Assembly (NCBI GenBank): GCA_965208575.1
Contig: CBDBOV010000002.1
Location: 544,001 to 608,000 of the forward strand
Reading direction: 5' to 3'
Source: Spirochaetia bacterium
Lineage (GTDB): Bacteria; Spirochaetota; Spirochaetia; SZUA-6; Bin103
DNA length: 64,000 nt
In this document: positions 31,228-40,157 of the stretch, in pieces
Layout of the letters: the number at the start of each line of letters is the position of its first letter
Numbering within the stretch: the first letter of the stretch is position 1
The notes under the pieces: model-generated
Databases searched by the model: none
Seen by the model: only the letters and a program-made list of their open reading frames with translations
Told to the model about the DNA's origin: nothing
Position numbers and translations under genes: made by a program

Positions 31228-32597
31228 GCGGACGTGGCGGTCGCGACAGGAGGCCGGGGCAGGGCGCCGGGCCACGCCGCCGGGACGGCCGCCGGCGTGG
31301 CCCACGGCGCAGAGGCCGGCAAGGACCGCCGGCGCCCGGCACGCCTGAACAGCGGCACGCGCGACCCAACCAGGGGCCCGCCGCCGGCCGACCCCCGTCA
31401 TCGGCGGCGGGCGCCGGCGAGCGGGACCGGGAGACCGGACGAGGCGGGCGGCAGCCGGCGCGGCCGGTGCTGGACGTGCGCGGGCTGCGGACCTACTTCC
31501 CGGTCAAGACGGGCGCGTTCAAGGTGCGCCGGCTGATGGTGCGCGCCGTGGACGGCGTGTCGCTGCAAATGCGGGCCGGCGAGACCCTCGGCCTGGTGGG
31601 CGAGTCGGGCTGCGGCAAGACCACGCTTGGCCGCTCCGTGCTGCGCCTGTACCAGCCGCAGGGCGGGCGCGTGTACCTGGAGCCCGACCCGGAACTGGTG
31701 AGTGCCGTGTCCGCCCTGGACGCGCAGGCCGATGCGGTGCGGGGGCAAGCCGCGGAACAGGCGGGAGCGGGCTGGCGCGAACGGCGCCTGCTGCGCGCCC
31801 GCGAGCGGCGCCTGCGCGACGCGGCCGACCGGCGCGCGGCGACCGCCGACCTCCTGGCCATGCCGCGGGCCGAGCTCAAGCAGGCACGGCAGCGGCTGCA
31901 GATGGTGTTTCAGGATCCATGGGCGTCGCTCAACCCGCGCATGCTGGTGTACGACCTGGTCGCCGAGGGGCCGCGCGAGTTCGGCACCCACGCCGGCCCC
32001 GACCTCGACGCCCACGTGCGCCGGCTGCTCGACCGCGTCGGCCTGCCGCGCTCGGCGGTGCAGCGCTACCCGCACGAGTTCTCCGGCGGCCAGCGGCAGC
32101 GTATCGGCATTGCCCGCGCCCTGGCCCTGGCGCCGTCGGTGGTGATCGCCGACGAACCGGTGTCCGCGCTGGACGTATCAATCCAGGCGCAGATCCTCAA
32201 CCTGCTGATCGAGCTGCAGGAGGAACTGGGCCTGACCTACCTGTTCATCGCCCACGACCTGGCGGTGGTGCGCTACATCGCGGACCGGGTCGCGGTGATG
32301 TACTTGGGCAAGGTCGTGGAACTGGGCGACGCCGAGGAGATCACCGAGGAGCCGCGCCACCCCTACACCATCTCGCTGATGGCATCGGTGCCGGTGGCCG
32401 ACCCGGACCAGCCGCTTGCCGGCGGCGGTGCCTCCGGAGACGTGCCGTCACCGGTCAATCCGCCCTCCGGCTGCCCCTTCCACCCGCGCTGCCCCTACCG
32501 GGTCGACGCCTGCAGCCGCACCATGCCCGACCTGGTCACCGACCGCCACGGCCACGCCCTCGCCTGCCACAACCCGCCGCCTGCCGCCGCCTCGTGA
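31224..32597 (+). CDS. Peptide ABC transporter ATP-binding protein (OppF/DppF-like)
   Basis: [33 protein letters not shown]. Start uncertain (low-complexity N-terminus). Confidence 0.9.
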
Positions 32598-32688
32598 TCG
32601 CGGCACCTGCCGTGCGTGCCGGGCCCACCATTGCCCACCATCGGCACGCCCTGTAGCGGGAGGCGCCGGCCCCGGGTAGCATGAACTG

Positions 32689-34239
32689 GTGACCAAGCGC
32701 AGACTGCCGATTGGCATCCAGACGTTCCGTGAGTTGCGGGAGCGAAACTGCTACTACGTGGACAAGACCGCCCACGTCGAGCGCCTGCTCGACGAGGGCA
32801 AGCACTACTTTCTGTCGCGGCCGCGGCGCTTCGGCAAGAGTCTGTTCCTCGACACGCTCAAGGAGTGCTTCGAGGGCAACCAGGCGCTGTTCGCGGGGCT
32901 GTACATCCACGACCGGTACGACTGGTCGCAGCGCCACCCGGTGGTGCGGCTGAGCTTCGGCGGCGGCACCTTCACCGAGCCGGAGGCGCTGAACGCGGAC
33001 GTGATGGCGCAACTGGACGGTCTCGCGCGGGACAACGGGATCCCGGTGCGGTACGACACCGCTCCGGCGCGCTTCCGGCATCTGCTGCAGGCTCTGCACA
33101 AGGAGACGGGCCGGCGCGTAGTAGTGCTGGTGGACGAGTACGACAAGCCGATCCTGGACGCGCTTGTGGATGCGCCGGAGGTGGCGCGCGCCAACCGCGA
33201 CTACCTGCGCGGCCTATACGGGGTGATCAAGGACTGTGACGCACATGTGCGGTTCACGTTCCTGACCGGCATCAGCAAGTTCTCGAAGGTCAACCTGTTC
33301 TCGCAGTTGAACAACCTTACCGACCTCACCCTGCACCGTCGCTACTCGTCCATCTGCGGCTATACCGAGGCCGACCTGGACGCGGTGTTCGCGCCGGAGC
33401 TCGATGGACTGGACCGGGAGCAGGTGCGCGAGTGGTACAACGGCTATAGGTGGCGCGGCGCGGAGAAGGTCTACAACCCGTACGATCTGCTGTTGCTGTT
33501 TGACAGCCGGGAATTCGCTGCGCACTGGTTCGAGACGGGTACGCCGGCGTTTCTGGTGGATACGCTGTTTGAGCGGCGGGTCTCGTCGGTGTCGTTGGAC
33601 CGGACGGTGAGCACGGCGGAGCTACTGTCGTCGTTCGACGTGCACCACGTCGGCACGGAGGCGCTGCTGTTCCAGACCGGCTACCTGACGATCACCGGGG
33701 AAGAAGAACTGGGCGGCGAGCTGCTGTACCGGCTGGGCTATCCGAATCGGGAAGTGCGGCAGAGCCTGAACCGGGTGCTGCTGCGCCACCTGGTGCAGGA
33801 CGCGGCGCGGCAGATGGAGAACAGCATGCGCTTGGCGCGCCTGCTTGCGGCGCACGACTGCGCCGGGCTGGAGGAGCTCTTCAAGTCATTCTTTGCGAGC
33901 GTCCCGTACCAATGGTACACCAACAACGACATAGCGAACTACGAGGGCTACTACGCGAGCGTGATCTACTCGTACTTCGCCGCCCTGGGCTACGAGATCG
34001 CCGTCGAAGAGTCCAGCAGCCACGGCCGGCTGGACATGGCCGTGCGCACCGGCGGTCACGTCTACCTGTTCGAGTTCAAGGTGGTGGAGATGGCGCCGCC
34101 GGGGTCGGCGCTGGCGCAGTTGCAGGAGCGCGACTACGCGGCCAAGTACCGAGACCGGGGCGAGCCGATCCACCTGATCGGCGTGGAGTTCAGCCGCAAG
34201 ACGCGCAACGTCACCGCCTTCGAGGTGGCCGACGGCTGA
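32689..34239 (+). CDS. AAA-ATPase-like domain plus PD-(D/E)XK nuclease (DUF1703-type) protein
   Basis: LPIGIQTF..YYVDKT, SRPRRFGKS, LVDEYDKP, WYNGY, YNPY, EGYY, GRLDM..FEFK. Confidence 0.92.
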   Translation: MTKRRLPIGIQTFRELRERNCYYVDKTAHVERLLDEGKHYFLSRPRRFGKSLFLDTLKECFEGNQALFAGLYIHDRYDWSQRHPVVRLSFGGGTFTEPEALNADVMAQLDGLARDNGIPVRYDTAPARFRHLLQALHKETGRRVVVLVDEYDKPILDALVDAPEVARANRDYLRGLYGVIKDCDAHVRFTFLTGISKFSKVNLFSQLNNLTDLTLHRRYSSICGYTEADLDAVFAPELDGLDREQVREWYNGYRWRGAEKVYNPYDLLLLFDSREFAAHWFETGTPAFLVDTLFERRVSSVSLDRTVSTAELLSSFDVHHVGTEALLFQTGYLTITGEEELGGELLYRLGYPNREVRQSLNRVLLRHLVQDAARQMENSMRLARLLAAHDCAGLEELFKSFFASVPYQWYTNNDIANYEGYYASVIYSYFAALGYEIAVEESSSHGRLDMAVRTGGHVYLFEFKVVEMAPPGSALAQLQERDYAAKYRDRGEPIHLIGVEFSRKTRNVTAFEVADG

Positions 34240-34342
34240 CCCATGAGCACACCCGCATCTGAGCCATGACGGCCACCTCGGAGCTGCATTCCTGATGGCG
34301 CTGACGCCGACCGCTCCAGACCGTAGGCCGAGCTGTACCGAG

Positions 34343-34675
34343 CTATGTGCCGGCGGCGCCCTGTCCGGCCGCAGCCGAGTCAGGTACAGCTTCGGCACGC
34401 AGCTTCAGGCCTAGTGCCCCGATGACTCTGAGAACCGTACCCAGGGTCGGATTACGCTCTCCCGAAAGCGCCTTGTAGAGACTTTCTCGGGACAACCCGG
34501 CATCGCACGCAACTTGCGCCATGCCCTTGGCACGGGCGATATCGCCCAGCGCCTTGGCGATGAACGCTGCATCGCCGTCGGCCTCCTCCAGACATGCTTC
34601 CAGATATGCGGCCATCTCCTCCGAAGTGCGGAGGTGCTCGGCGACGTCATAGCGTGATGTAACGGTCCTGTTCAT
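34343..34675 (-). CDS. Addiction module antidote (HI1420-type HTH)
   Basis: YDVAEHL..MAAYLEA..ALGDIARAKGMAQVA..GLSRESLYKALSGERNP. Confidence 0.9.
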   Translation of the reverse strand: MNRTVTSRYDVAEHLRTSEEMAAYLEACLEEADGDAAFIAKALGDIARAKGMAQVACDAGLSRESLYKALSGERNPTLGTVLRVIGALGLKLRAEAVPDSAAAGQGAAGT

Positions 34676-34684
34676 GGCACCCAC

Positions 34685-34975
34685 CTACAGGTTTCGTGAG
34701 AGCCGAATCGCCGTCTCTATATCCCGACTCTGGGTCCGTTTGTCCCCGCCGGCCAACAGCACGACAATCGTGCGACTCTGCTGTTTGAAGTACACCCGGT
34801 AACCGGGGCCGTAGTCGATCCGAAGTTCCGAGACACCTTCGCCCACGGGCCTGACATCTCCCGGGTTTCCGATGGCCAGACGCTCGACCCGAACCAGAAC
34901 CCGCGCCCGGGCGCGGGTATCCCGCAAGCCGTCCAGCCACTTGGCGTAGATTTCGGTCTTGCGAACCTCGAACAT
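34685..34975 (-). CDS. Addiction module killer (HI1419-type RelE/ParE superfamily)
   Basis: WLDGLRD..GNPGDVRPVGEGVSELRIDYGPGYRVYF..LLAGGDKRTQ. Confidence 0.92.
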   Translation of the reverse strand: MFEVRKTEIYAKWLDGLRDTRARARVLVRVERLAIGNPGDVRPVGEGVSELRIDYGPGYRVYFKQQSRTIVVLLAGGDKRTQSRDIETAIRLSRNL

Positions 34976-34981
34976 GTACGG

Positions 34982-35011
34982 ATAGTAGCCAGACGGCTAC
35001 ATGCCTGTCAA
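34982..35011 (-). promoter_or_regulatory. Sigma70-type promoter with operator, probably leaderless
   Basis: Minus strand TTGACA-N18-TACTAT-N6-ATG. GTAGCC-N4-GGCTAC palindrome in the spacer. Confidence 0.7.
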
Positions 35012-35251
35012 TCTGTGCTTCGGTGACAGATAACGTCGTCGCCGTTCACTCTGGTTGCCGAAGCCGCGCAGGGTCTGGGCAGTCCATATCGGCACCAGCG
35101 ACACAGTCCTGCTGATCGGTGTCTGCACCTGCTGCGGGACCGAGGCACGCCAGCACGCCCCTCGACGGCCCGGTCTATTACTTCAAGTCGAGACCTCCAA
35201 TCGGTCAGAGCACCTCGCTACACCGCCTCGGCAATGGCCCGAGTGCACCGG

Positions 35252-35402
35252 CGTCCCACCGCACTACTGCGATCCGGGTGGGCGGCGGCGGACGGTGAAC
35301 TCGCGTTCGTTGGGGCGCAAGCGGCGGCGCTCGGCGGTCCACGCCTGTTGCTGCAGCCGCTCCTGGGCGTGGACCTCTACACGGCGCGTGGCTGACTCCT
35401 GC
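35252..35402 (-). repeat. Diverged copy 1 of the ppk 3' end
   Basis: Aligns by eye to about 37995-38145, including the stop region and downstream flank. Confidence 0.85.
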
Positions 35403-35449
35403 TGTGTGGGATGGCTTGACGGGTACCGTCAGAGAGCCATACTGCCGGC

Positions 35450-35671
35450 GTGGGCGTGGTAACGGTATGTCTGGATGAAGAGCTCCATCGCGCGCTTCGT
35501 CTGAAGTCCGCCGAGACGTGCGAGTCGATGTCCGAACTGGTCAACGATGCGCTTCGCCTGCTCCTGGCGGAGGACCTGGAGGATATCTCCGCGTGGCGGG
35601 AGCGCCGGTCGGAGGGGCCAATCGCGTACGAGGAGTTCCTGACGCAGCTTGCGTACGACGGCACGATCTGA
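35450..35671 (+). CDS. CopG/RHH antitoxin
   Basis: TVCLDEELHRALRLKSAETCESMSELVNDALR..AEDLED. Confidence 0.8.
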   Translation: MGVVTVCLDEELHRALRLKSAETCESMSELVNDALRLLLAEDLEDISAWRERRSEGPIAYEEFLTQLAYDGTI

Positions 35672-35895
35672 GACTACGGGATTCGGTTTATCCCATCCGT
35701 CCGCAAGGGTCTCCGCGACCTGCCGCTCGGCGCACTCCGAAAGCAATCGATCAACTTGCGGACGATCCGCGCCCCCCGAATTGCGGCGAGCTGACCGGTG
35801 ACGACCTATCACATTCGGGTAGGGGTCTGCCGAGTCGTATACGAGGTCCACGGCCGTGACTTGGTCATCGTGGTCGCGAAGGTGGGCCATCGCCG
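35660..35895 (+). pseudogene. Frameshifted RelE/StbE toxin
   Basis: Fragments in different frames: IDQLADDPRPPNCGELTG and YEVHGRDLVIVVAKVGHRR. Confidence 0.7.
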
Positions 35896-36009
35896 GCCAA
35901 CAGCACGACGAATCGTGCGACTCTGCCGCTTGAAGTACACCCGGTAAACCGGGTCCGTGGTCGATCCGAAGTTCCGAGACACCTTCGCCCACGGGCCCGA
36001 CATCTCCCG
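35891..36009 (-). repeat. Internal fragment copy of the HI1419-type toxin gene
   Basis: Near-identical to 34747-34863, with small indels. Confidence 0.85.
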
Positions 36010-36306
36010 CCGCACTACTACGAGCCGAGTGGGCGGCGGCGGACGGTGAACTCGTGGTCGTCGGGGCGCACGCGGCGCCACTCGGCGGTCCAGGCCTGCT
36101 GCTGCAGACGCTCCTGCGCGTGGATCTCGACCCGCCGCTTGCCTGATTCCTGCGGTGGCGGGCACCGCTTGCGGTAGCGGCCGTCGGGTTGCAGTTCGTA
36201 GGAGTGGCAGTTGTCGGCGAAGTACAACTCCAGGATCCGCACCTGGCGGCGGCGCAGGTCGGGCTGCTCCACGGGAAATATCAGTTCCACGCGCCGCTCC
36301 AGATTG
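36005..36306 (-). repeat. Diverged copy 2 of the ppk 3' end (~300 bp)
   Basis: Encodes ELIFPVEQPDLRRRQVRILELYFADNCHSYEL...RRRPLGS, matching the Ppk C-terminus at about 37997-38298. Confidence 0.92.
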
Positions 36307-36426
36307 GCGCGCCTGTAACGTGTCTCCGACCGGCAAGGTGGTACCTGGAGTACCCCCGGAACTGCCCGGCGGCCTGGTAGATTGACCGTGTTCCCGGAGC
36401 CGCCGCCGGAAGCACGGTCGCGGGTT

Positions 36427-36810
36427 CTACCTCAAGCCCTGCTGGAGCCGCCGGAGTTCCTTGAGCGTCGGGTTGTGCTCCAGGCCCTGCTGGAGTTGGC
36501 GGAGTTCCTTGAGCGCCGGGCTCTGCTCCAAGCCCTGCTGGAGCCGCCCATCTGCTTGCGACTGTATCCTGTGCACGTAGCTTTCGAGGACTTGGTTGAT
36601 CCGGGTTTGATAGCCTCTCCCTGAGGCCTTGAAATGGGCCAACACGGAGCCCTTCACACGTAAGGTGATCTGCACGGTGCGGTCGGGCTCGACCAGCTTC
36701 GCTTCCCGCCAAAGGCCGTCGTCCAGTTCAGGGACATCGCTGAAGTCGATATCCTCATCCTTTACCGCGGCGATCTGTTCGAGCGTGAGAGGCTTGTCGT
36801 ATCTGGTCAT
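36427..36810 (-). CDS. BrnA family antitoxin with repetitive C-terminal extension
   Basis: DEDIDFSDVPEL, QITLRV..VLAHFKASGRGYQTRINQVL, then LQQGL-containing repeats. Confidence 0.85.
   Translation of the reverse strand: MTRYDKPLTLEQIAAVKDEDIDFSDVPELDDGLWREAKLVEPDRTVQITLRVKGSVLAHFKASGRGYQTRINQVLESYVHRIQSQADGRLQQGLEQSPALKELRQLQQGLEHNPTLKELRRLQQGLR
36433..36548. repeat. 48-bp tandem repeat, about 2.4 copies, in frame
   Basis: Unit CA(A/G)GCCCTGCTGGAG...GGAGTTCCTTGAGCG...TGCTC at 36433, 36481 and 36529. Confidence 0.85.
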
Positions 36811-36890
36811 GGTATGTCTCCCGTTCCCTACGGCCCGCCGGACGAGCGGATATCAATCGAATCCGCCCGTTCCGGTCGGTATGGGCGGCA
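36794..36890 (-). pseudogene. BrnT toxin 3' remnant
   Basis: AHTDRNGRIRLISARPAGRRERETY. The 5' part is replaced by the next TA promoter. Confidence 0.7.
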
Positions 36891-36897
36891 CCCTCGC

Positions 36898-36927
36898 TTG
36901 AAGAGTATAGCGGGCACGCTATATAGT
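36898..36927 (+). promoter_or_regulatory. Promoter/operator of the RelE-HTH module, probably leaderless
   Basis: TTGAAG-N18-TATAGT-N5-ATG. TATAGCG-N4-CGCTATA palindrome (36906-36923). Confidence 0.65.
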
Positions 36928-36932
36928 TCGGC

Positions 36933-37256
36933 ATGGGCTGGACGGTTGAGACTGTTGCTGCCGTCGACGCCGAGATCAAGGCCCTGCCGATGAAGTTGAG
37001 CGCGCGGTTGGTCCGTCTGCTGGAGACGGTGGAGAACGTCGGCCTGGAGGCACTTCGCGCCCCGCACGTCAAGCATCTCGACGGCAAGCTCTGGGAGCTT
37101 CGGGTCAGAGCCGAGGGAGGAATCGCCAGAGGGATCTACGTGACGGCAGCGGAACGACGGGTGGTGGTTCTGCATGTGTTCGCGAAGAAGTCGCGGAAGA
37201 CGCCTCGGCGGGCGCTTGTGACCGCCAGGGAACGTATGAAGCAGGTGGTGCTATGA
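36933..37256 (+). CDS. RelE/ParE (Gp49/HigB-like) toxin
   Basis: PHVKHLDGKLWELRV..GIARGIY..VVLHVFAKKSRKTP. Confidence 0.9.
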   Translation: MGWTVETVAAVDAEIKALPMKLSARLVRLLETVENVGLEALRAPHVKHLDGKLWELRVRAEGGIARGIYVTAAERRVVVLHVFAKKSRKTPRRALVTARERMKQVVL

Positions 37257-37543
37257 CGAGACTGAAGGACCTGAAGAAGAGCCTCATGGAGAACCCTGAG
37301 TTCCGGGAGGAGTACGCGCGAGCTGATGATGAGTTCAAGCTGATCGAGGCGTTGGTGCGCGCCCGCACGGCGGCAAAGCTGACACAAGCAGAGATCGCCC
37401 GTCGCCTTGGCACAACCCAGTCTGCCGTCGCACGTTTGGAGGGCGGCCGGGTATCGCCGTCCTTGGCCACCTTGCGGCGCTATGCCGAGGCGACTGGTAC
37501 GCGGTTGACAGTGGGCCTGGAGCGGGACGTCCCGGGCAGATGA
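37253..37543 (+). CDS. XRE/HigA-like antitoxin
   Basis: ARTAAKLTQAEIARRLGTTQSAVARLEGG..PSLATLRRYA. ATGA overlap with the toxin. Confidence 0.9.
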   Translation: MTRLKDLKKSLMENPEFREEYARADDEFKLIEALVRARTAAKLTQAEIARRLGTTQSAVARLEGGRVSPSLATLRRYAEATGTRLTVGLERDVPGR

Positions 37544-37768
37544 GGTTGACACCGGCACCGATGTGCTGGACGCTGGCGGCATGCGGCGTTACTGCCTCCG
37601 CGGACGTGTAGGCTGAGGCCGATGCTGTCACCCATTCACGTAGTGGCGCGCCGTCCCGCCCCGTGCCACTTCGCCCACCTGCCGGGCCGCGGGCGCGGAG
37701 CCGCTCATCGGCGCAACCTGGGCGCGAATCCGGGCCGCGGCGGCCCCTTGGGAGGCCGGCAATTCCCC

Positions 37769-37942
37769 CGGCCGGCTGGACATGGCGGTGCGCACGGGCG
37801 CCCACGTCCACTTGTTCGAGTTCGGGGTGGCCGAGATGCCGCCGGGGTCGGCGCTGGTGCAGTTGCAGGAGCGGACTACGCGGCCAAGTACCGAGGTCGG
37901 GGCGAGCCGATCCACCTGATCGGCGTGGAGTTCAGCCGCAAG
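37769..37942 (+). repeat. Frameshifted copy of the 3' end of the AAA/PD-(D/E)XK gene
   Basis: Aligns to 34023-34200. Confidence 0.88.
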
Positions 37943-37951
37943 GACGATCCG

Positions 37952-37995
37952 CGTCTTAGGGTGAAGCAACGGTCCTGTTCATGGCACCCACCTAC
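37952..37995 (-). repeat. Copy of the HI1420-type antidote start region
   Basis: AACGGTCCTGTTCATGGCACCCACCTAC is identical to 34661-34688. Confidence 0.85.
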
Positions 37996-38009
37996 GTCCC
38001 ACCGAACTA

Positions 38010-40157
38010 CTACGAGCCGGGTGGGCGGCGGCGGACGGTGAACTCGTGGTCGTCGGGGCGCACGCGGCGCCGCTCGGCGGTCCAGGCCTGTTGCTGCAGG
38101 CGCTCCTGGGCGTGGATCTCCACCCGCCGCTTGCCTGATTCCGGCGCTGGCGGGCGCCGCTTGCGGTAGCGGCCGTCGGGTTGCAGTTCGTAGGAGTGGC
38201 AGTTGTCGGCGAAGTAGAGCTCCAGGATCCGCACCAGGCGGCGGCGCAGGTCGGGCTGCTCCACGGGAAACATCAGTTCCACGCGCCGCTCCAGGTTGCG
38301 CGGCATCCAGTCGGCGCTCGCCAGGTAGACCTGCTCGGCGCCGCCGTTGCGGAAGTAGGCGATACGGCTGTGCTCCAGGAAACGGCCGACGACGCTTACC
38401 ACGCGAATCGTGTCGCTCAGCCCCGCCACCTGCGGGCGCAGCAGGCACACGCCGCGCACGTTCAGGAGCACCGTCACGCCGGCCTGCGAGGCGGCGTACA
38501 GGGCGGCGATCACGTCGGGGTCGGACAGTGAATTCATCTTGGCCATGATCAGGCCGCCGCTGTCGGCGACGGCCGCCTCGCGCTGGATGTGGGCGAGCAG
38601 GGTCCGCTTGAGGGCCGCGGGGGCCATCGCCAGGTGCTGGAACCGGGGCGCCGACGAGTAGCCGGTGACGGCGTTGAAGAACAGGGTGGCCTCGCGCCCG
38701 ATCGCGTCGCGGGCGGTGAGCAGGCCGATGTCGGTGTACAGCCGCGCCGTGGTGTCGTTGTAGTTGCCGGTGCCCAGGTGGGTATAGGTGCGCACGCCGC
38801 CCTCCTCGCGGCGCACGATGAGCAGCGCCTTGGCGTGCACCTTCAGCCCGGCGATGCCATACACCACGATCGCCCCGGCGCGCTCCAGGCGCGCGGCCCA
38901 GTCGATGTTCTGCTGCTCGTCGAAGCGCGCCTTGATCTCGACCAGTGCCGTGACCTGCTTGCCGTTGGCGGCGGCGCGCTCCAGGGCGTGCACCACCGGC
39001 GAGTCTCCCGAGGTGCGGTACAGGGTCATCTTGATGGCGAGCACCGCGTCGTCGCCGGCCGCCGCCTGCAGCAGGCCGAGGACGTGGTCGAAGGTCTCGA
39101 ACGGATGGTGCAGCAGCACGTCGCGGCGCCGCAGCACCAGCCACGGGTCGGCCTCGGCCAGCACGGGGGCGGGCAGGGGGCGCCACGACGGGAAGCACAG
39201 CTCGCGCCGGCCGCTGTCCGGCAGCGCCTTCAGGCCGGTAAGGTCGATCGGCGCCACCCGGTAGATGTCCTGCTCGGCAAGGTCCAGTTGAGCGGCCAGC
39301 AGATCGGCCATGGCGTCGCCGCTCGCATCGATCTCCAGCCGTACCACTCCGCTGCTGCGCCGCTCCACCAGCACCGCGGCCATCGCTTCGATGAAGTCCT
39401 CGTCGGTGGCCTCGTCCACCTCCAGGTCGGCGTCGCGGGTGACCCGGAACACCGCATGTTCGGCAATCCGGTAGCCGGGGAACAACTGCCCGGCGTGCAG
39501 CACGATCGAGTCCTCGGCGAGCAGGTAGCTCGCCTCGCGGCGCCCGCGGGAGGGAATCGGGCGCAGCCGGTCGAGGCCGCTAGGGATCGCCACCAGCGCG
39601 ATCTGCTCGCCGCCGTCGGCTTCGTCCGCCACAAGTGCTGCCGCCTCGCCTCCGGTGGCGACCGGCTCCAGGCGGAATGCGAGGTGCAGGCGCAAGCCGG
39701 CCACGGCGGCCGCCCCGTCATCGGCCATGCGAACCGACGACAGGGCAGGGAAGATCTGGAACCGGAAGTCATCGGCCGCCGCCGTGCGTTGCTCCCCGGT
39801 CAGGTCGGCCGCGGCAACTAGGTGCACACCGGCGGCGTGAAGCTGCGGCACGATCCGCGAGTGCAGTGCGCGGTACTGGCCCGCGACCACCTCGTGCACG
39901 GCGGCCGCCACCTGCTCCAGGCGCTGGCTGCTGCCGGCGGCGCCGCCCAGCTCCCGCTTCAGCGCCGCCACGCGCACCATGAAGAACTCGTCGAAGTTGG
40001 AGCTCACGATGGTCAGGAAGCGCACCCGCTCCAGCAGCGGCACCTCCTCGCGCCGCGCCTGGTCGAGCACGCGGCGGTTGAACTCCACCCAGCTCAACTC
40101 GCGGTCGAGGAGGGTCTCTTCGGGCGCCGGAGACAGCTCAAGGTCGGGGCCGGCCAT
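38010..40157 (-). CDS. ppk1: Polyphosphate kinase 1
   Basis: RELSWVEFNRRVL, SSNFDEFFMVRVA, LLHHPF, IKMTLYRT, EIKARFDE, KVHAK, GTGNYN, YTD, KMNSL, GRFLEHSR, SADWMPRNL. Confidence 0.96.
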   Translation of the reverse strand: MAGPDLELSPAPEETLLDRELSWVEFNRRVLDQARREEVPLLERVRFLTIVSSNFDEFFMVRVAALKRELGGAAGSSQRLEQVAAAVHEVVAGQYRALHSRIVPQLHAAGVHLVAAADLTGEQRTAAADDFRFQIFPALSSVRMADDGAAAVAGLRLHLAFRLEPVATGGEAAALVADEADGGEQIALVAIPSGLDRLRPIPSRGRREASYLLAEDSIVLHAGQLFPGYRIAEHAVFRVTRDADLEVDEATDEDFIEAMAAVLVERRSSGVVRLEIDASGDAMADLLAAQLDLAEQDIYRVAPIDLTGLKALPDSGRRELCFPSWRPLPAPVLAEADPWLVLRRRDVLLHHPFETFDHVLGLLQAAAGDDAVLAIKMTLYRTSGDSPVVHALERAAANGKQVTALVEIKARFDEQQNIDWAARLERAGAIVVYGIAGLKVHAKALLIVRREEGGVRTYTHLGTGNYNDTTARLYTDIGLLTARDAIGREATLFFNAVTGYSSAPRFQHLAMAPAALKRTLLAHIQREAAVADSGGLIMAKMNSLSDPDVIAALYAASQAGVTVLLNVRGVCLLRPQVAGLSDTIRVVSVVGRFLEHSRIAYFRNGGAEQVYLASADWMPRNLERRVELMFPVEQPDLRRRLVRILELYFADNCHSYELQPDGRYRKRRPPAPESGKRRVEIHAQERLQQQAWTAERRRVRPDDHEFTVRRRPPGS

